A stretch of 64,000 nt of DNA from Lepidodermella squamata (Eukaryota; Animalia; Gastrotricha), in NCBI GenBank assembly GCA_047495785.1, contig JBLDXI010000033.1, positions 1,302,001 through 1,366,000 of the forward strand, written 5' to 3'. Positions 59,401-64,000 of the stretch are shown one piece after another. Every line of letters begins with the position of its first letter. Positions within the stretch are counted from its first letter, which is position 1. The notes below the pieces were generated by a model. That model was given only the letters and a program-made list of their open reading frames with translations, did not search any database and was not told the DNA's origin. The translations under genes were made by a program, and so were the position numbers.

Positions 59401-61815
59401 AACTACAGCTACCGGTTTCAATGAAACTACAACTGCTGCAGGATTCAACGAGACTACAACAGCAACTGGATTCAATGAAACTACCACTACCTCGGGTTTC
59501 AATGAAACTACGACAGCAACTGGATTCAATGAAACTACCACTGCTACTGGTTTCAATGAAACAACTACTGCGGGTGGCTTTAACGAGACTACAGCGCCTT
59601 CGTTCAATGAAACTACAACTGTCCCCAGTTTCAACGAGACTACGCCTGCCTTCAACGAAACTACAACACCGTCTTTCAATGTCACAACGCCTGGGTTCAA
59701 TGAAACTACCACGGCGATGGGTGGCAATATGACTACGCCAGCGCCAGGTACTGGCAATCAAACAATCGAAGCGTCACAGTTCTGCTTCACCTGCCAGGGT
59801 CGGCACAATCGACGAAGCTTGTTTGCAAACCCGAACGACTGCCACTCATTTTACCAGGTAAAATCGCGATCAAAATCGATGATTCAACCAATTTTTTATT
59901 TTTCGAATTTTGTAAGAAAATTTTGAAATTTTCATTGAAATTTTCAACTTTTTAAAAATAAATTAAAATCTAAAAATAAATTAAAATTAAAATTTTTTTT
60001 AATTTTTTTAATTTTCTAATCAATTTTTTATTTCAGTGCTTCTTCTTCGGCTCTGCAACTGCTTTCGGAATTTTCCATCAATGCCCGGCCGGAACATTTT
60101 TCAACGCCGAAACTTTGATTTGCCAACCCGAAGGTCCAACGCCTTGCCAAGACGAGTGCCAGGATACCAGCATGAAGTGTTGGGCTCAACCCGGCAACTG
60201 CGCTAGGTTCTACGTCTGCGCGAACGGCGCCTCATACGGCCAGTGCTGCCCGCCGGAAACCAGTTTCAACCCGGAACTTTGCACCTGTGAGGACGACGTG
60301 TTCTGCACGGATAACTGCACATCAGGCAACCCGCAGACACCCATGGTCGCCGCGACAGCCCTCCCGCCGCCCACTGTCAACGGTTCAGTCTGTCAGGATA
60401 GCTACGGCCAGTCGTTCCAAGCCGTGCCAGGCCGGCCTGATCTGTTCCAGCAAATCGACCGCAGACCCCGCCGCCGGCCTCGCGTCACCACCCAGACCTG
60501 CCCTCTCGGCACCCAATTCTCCCTGCAAGAATGCGCCTGCACCACCGATCCGACTGTTGTTATCATCCCACCTGAATTCGGAGGCGAACCGCGTGCAACT
60601 CAACCGGCTAATCAGTGCTTGCTGTACCTGCCATTCGACGGCAATTTCAGCGACGCTTCGATTTACAAATTCTCAACCTTCCCCTTCGGCGATGTTGCGA
60701 TCAATACCGGCAGCCCGGCTGTTGGGTCAGGTTCGATGTACGTCGACAACGGCCGGCTTGAAATTCCGGGCTTGGAAGCTGTTGATTTCAGAAACACAGC
60801 AACCTGGTGCTTCTTCTTCAGGTGGGTTCCAGAAAATTGATCCTAAGATTTAAAATTAAATTGAATTTTAAATTTTAAATTCAAATTCAAATTTAATAAT
60901 TTGAATAATTTGAACAATTTATTAAATTTTATTTTTATTTTCCAGGTGTGATGACCCTAGCGGCTGTACTATTGATTCTGGTCTTCTTTCGAACAACCGA
61001 GACACCTCCGCATCTCGTTTCTCGATAATTATAGCTACTCTGGCTAACAACAGTGTCGTAGCCAGGCTGATGTTCCGCGACGGCAGCTCGCAGCCTATTG
61101 AAGTTGTCGGCAGTTTGTCGGAACAAGGTGCTCAAATGAACAATGAGACCACCACGCCGTCTGGTATGAACGAAACCACAACCGGTGGCGATCGGCACCA
61201 CGGGCTCAACGAGACTACGACAGCTGGCGGTTCCGAGACGACAGCTGGCGGTTTCGAGACTACAACTGCCGGTGGCCAAAATGAAACAACTACAGCTCAA
61301 GGGTTCAATGAAACAACTACGGCTCAAGGTTCCAACGAGACAACGACTGCTCAAGGCTTCAATGAGACCACTACAGCTACTGGTTTCAATGGGACATCGA
61401 GTGGCAATGAAACTTCAACTTCGCCCATGGATTCGGTTACTCAAGCTTTCTTGGGTGCGGCGCCGCCAACTGTTTCGATGACGACTGGAACTTGGCAACA
61501 CGTTTGTGTCGTCATGACTCAAACCCGGACTGTTCTTTACCTCAACGGGGTATGAAACTATTTTTTCTATTTTTCCTATTTAGTTTTCGATTTGTTTCTT
61601 AGAACCGAGTTCAAGATGTTCGTAGCGGCGGTTCGCTTATGATTTCGCAATGTCCTTACGTTCTCGGAACTGATCAGGCCTACGGCAATTTCCGCGGCTC
61701 TATCGACGAAGTGCTGATCTGCGAACGAGCTTTCACCAACACCGATGTTCAGGCGCACATGAGCGGCGACCGGGCGACCCTCGCATCGCGCGGCTTTTTC
61801 CCCGCTCAAGCGTGA
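53437..61815 (+). CDS. Secreted Pif/BMSP-like matrix protein: 7 VWA domains, NETTT mucin repeats, ~3 chitin-binding (ChtBD2-like) domains, C-terminal LamG/ConA-like domain; multi-exon
   Basis: Signal peptide; seven C(C)..D.V..[I/V]D.[A/N]Y / .AI.E[F/Y]GS.A / R......L.TG repeats. ANPNDCHSFYQC...CPAGTFFN...C and similar domains. CLLYLPFDGNF.D, TWQHVCVV...LYLNG and FRGSIDEVLIC (LamG). Confidence 0.85.
57773..58021. repeat. Intronic element with degenerate TTAGGG arrays and a duplicated ~44-bp block
   Basis: ttagggttagg at 57773 and gggttagggttagggttaggg at 57903. ttttccaaagttc.atttt.gg..cc.tgaacttcacccaatag occurs at ~57838 and ~57977. Confidence 0.65.
59200..59712 (+). repeat. Coding tandem repeat (mostly 27 bp; GFNETTTA[T/S])
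   Basis: About 19 units in the 58169 ORF. A second block lies at ~61140-61415. Confidence 0.9.
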
Positions 61816-62786
61816 AATTTACGCCGATTTTTCACTCTCTGATATCGTTCTAATTTTGCTCAAAAAAAGTATTCAAACAGTTGAACACGAAGACTACTAT
61901 TATTTATTCTAAATCTTATCGGTCGATATTATCTCATGTGAAACATAATTTGAAAGAAATAAAATACACTATATCAAAACCAGGACAGATTTTTTTCATT
62001 TTTGAAGGTCTTATGGAATAGTAAAAGAAATCCCATGCGCAGAGAGCACGGCATGCACCGCGACTGTGACCTACTTATATATCACCGCCATTTATTGATT
62101 CATATTATAAATAAAAATGTCACGTGTGCGTGTCCGATCGCCTGACGCAAATTTTGTATTATCGATCCTTGTGAAGCCGTGTTTGCTCTAGTGCAGGTTT
62201 TGCCCCATTTTTTGCCCAGGTGGTTTGACCACTCATTCATTATTTCTCGCGTGAGCCTGGAATGTAAAAAAGTAATATTTGACCGACTGCGTCGGACACT
62301 GCTATATAAATCGCCATTCATGCGATGCAAAGCCAGAATCTCATTTTTCAGAGCAATCTTTATTGTTTCTAGTGCTTTTAACAATCTAAACCTTAAATAA
62401 AATTAGATAGCGGTGCTGGTAATAGAGCATCGCGCCCTATAAATTCGGCCAGTTATTGGGTGTTTCCTACTTTGACGGCCAGGTGAATTTTTAGAAAATA
62501 TTAAGCAAATACAGAATTATAGGGAATCTCTTGGACTATCGAATGCCGGTTTCCACAAGTCCGAACGATTTTAAGCTTAATAATAGCTAATTTTGTAGCC
62601 ACCTGGGCAGCTGGCCAGAATTAGGGAACCTCATCCAATTAATACCTGAAGTTTGATACCGTTGATGCGTCGAATTTTTTCATTTTCTTTGAAATAGGCA
62701 CGGTTGACGGTAAATTTGTTCATTTTAAATATTTAAATATTAGGATCCTATTGAAATTATCGAATAATATATACTTCACAGCGACC

Positions 62787-63890
62787 ATGCCAGCTATTAC
62801 GAAGAAACTTGCCCTATCCAGTACGTCGAAAGATCTAACCGCTGGTCTGTCCCTGGAAGAGGAAACGCTGCCGGAACCGAAGGCTGGCGAGGCGCTAGTC
62901 AAAGTTCTGTACGCTCCGATCAATCCGATCGATATCGGCCTCTTAAATGGAAGCTATACCTCTGGCGTCTCACTGCCAGCAACGCCCGGTTTCGAGGGTG
63001 TAGTCGAAGTGGTCAAGTCACCCAGCGGCGCCTTTCAACCAGGTGATCGGGCCATCGTTCAAACACCGGGGTGGGGCTACTGGCGCCAGGCTGGAATCGC
63101 GCTAGAAAAGGACCTCATGAAATTGCCGAAGGAACTGCCAGCCGAAGCTGCAGCCACTCTGATCATCAATCCATGCACTGCTTACATGTACGAAAAGCCT
63201 AATGGGATTTTCCGATATTATTTTGAAATTTTGTAGAATGGTTAAGCACAGTTTACCACTGAACGCCGGAGATGTCATTATTCAAAATGGCGCTAATTCG
63301 GCCCTTGGGAAAATCGTCATCCAATTAGCCAAAGCCCTTGGTTACAAAACCATCAACGTCGTTCGTGCTCGGCCGAATTTGCAAGAGCTGGTCGATGAGC
63401 TGAAGAAACTCGGCGCCGATACTGTCATCACTGACGAACAGTTGAAGAGTGGCATTTCAAAGCTGAATCTCGGCCTCCCAGCGCCTAAATTAGCTCTTGA
63501 ATGTGTTGGTGGGGAAGCTAGCCGGCACCTAGCTTCGGCTTTGGCAAACGGCGGAACTCTGGTCAACTACGGCAGCATGAGCGGCCAGCCTGCTAATCTG
63601 TCGCAGGGTGACCTAGTTTCCCGCGACATACGTGTAGTCGGCTTCAACCTTCATACGTAAGTTTGATTTTAATTTTTCTTGTTTTCTATCGCAACCAAAG
63701 AAAATTATTCAGGTGGTTCGCCAAGCCAAATGAGTTCTCTGAAGTTGTCAAAGATATTATTGGTCTTTACGTTAGCGGAAAATTGCAGCTGCCGAAATTT
63801 CGCAAATTTCCTGTTGCCGAATGGAAAGAAGCTATCAAGCACTCTGTTACTGGCTTTACAAACGACAAGGTTCTCATTCAGTTCAATTGA
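62787..63890 (+). CDS. MECR-like enoyl reductase, paralog 3; 3 exons
   Basis: Closely similar to paralog 2, including the intron 1 sequence; APINPIDIGLLNGSY, IQNGANSALG, KVLIQFN*. Confidence 0.9.
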
Positions 63891-63967
63891 ATCTTAATGA
63901 CTGCAAGGAATGTGACAGTAATTGCGAATTCGTTTGAACATTATATGCTGTTTTTGAACCCTTCGAC

Positions 63968-64000
63968 TTATCTCATGTGAAACATAATTTGAAAGAAATA
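63968..64000 (+). repeat. Exact 33-bp copy of 61929-61961, running to the window edge
   Basis: ttatctcatgtgaaacataatttgaaagaaata at both positions (offset 2039). Confidence 0.8.

Noticed and set aside
59200-59712. CRISPR-like regular repeats
   Set aside because: No unique spacers; in-frame coding repeat with synonymous variation in a eukaryotic gene.
58892-59761. Long antisense and alternate-frame ORFs (289, 262 and 187 aa)
   Set aside because: Shadows of the GFNETTTAT coding repeat, which lacks stops in other frames.
62455-62640. Degenerate inverted repeat (attgggtgtttcct...ccaggtg / cacctgg...agggaacctcatccaat)
   Set aside because: Possibly an old MITE, but too degenerate to call without other copies.

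Overview
Eukaryotic (invertebrate animal-like) genomic DNA that is gene-dense, with mostly short (~45-150 nt) canonical GT-AG introns. I cannot identify the organism. 1-24.2 kb: a tandem duplication of a secreted multi-C-type-lectin gene built from phase-0 exons, each encoding an unrecognised 4-Cys module plus one CTLD. This region also holds two non-LTR retrotransposons (one at the duplication junction, one inside a lectin exon), MITEs and MECR-like remnants. 24.5-47 kb: five divergent, short-tailed GABA-B-like class C GPCR genes, interleaved with presequence-less MECR-like enoyl reductases, a LicD/fukutin-family gene and an orphan type I membrane protein. 47-53 kb (minus strand): a single-pass membrane protein, and a gene joining a PABPN1-like RRM to an RNF216-like RBR module that lacks the catalytic Cys. 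53.4-61.8 kb: a large secreted Pif/BMSP-like protein (7 VWA domains, NETTT mucin repeats, chitin-binding domains, LamG). A further MECR-like gene ends the window and appears to sit in a ~2 kb tandem repeat unit. All family assignments come from motifs recognised by eye, not database searches. Exon junctions were inferred manually.
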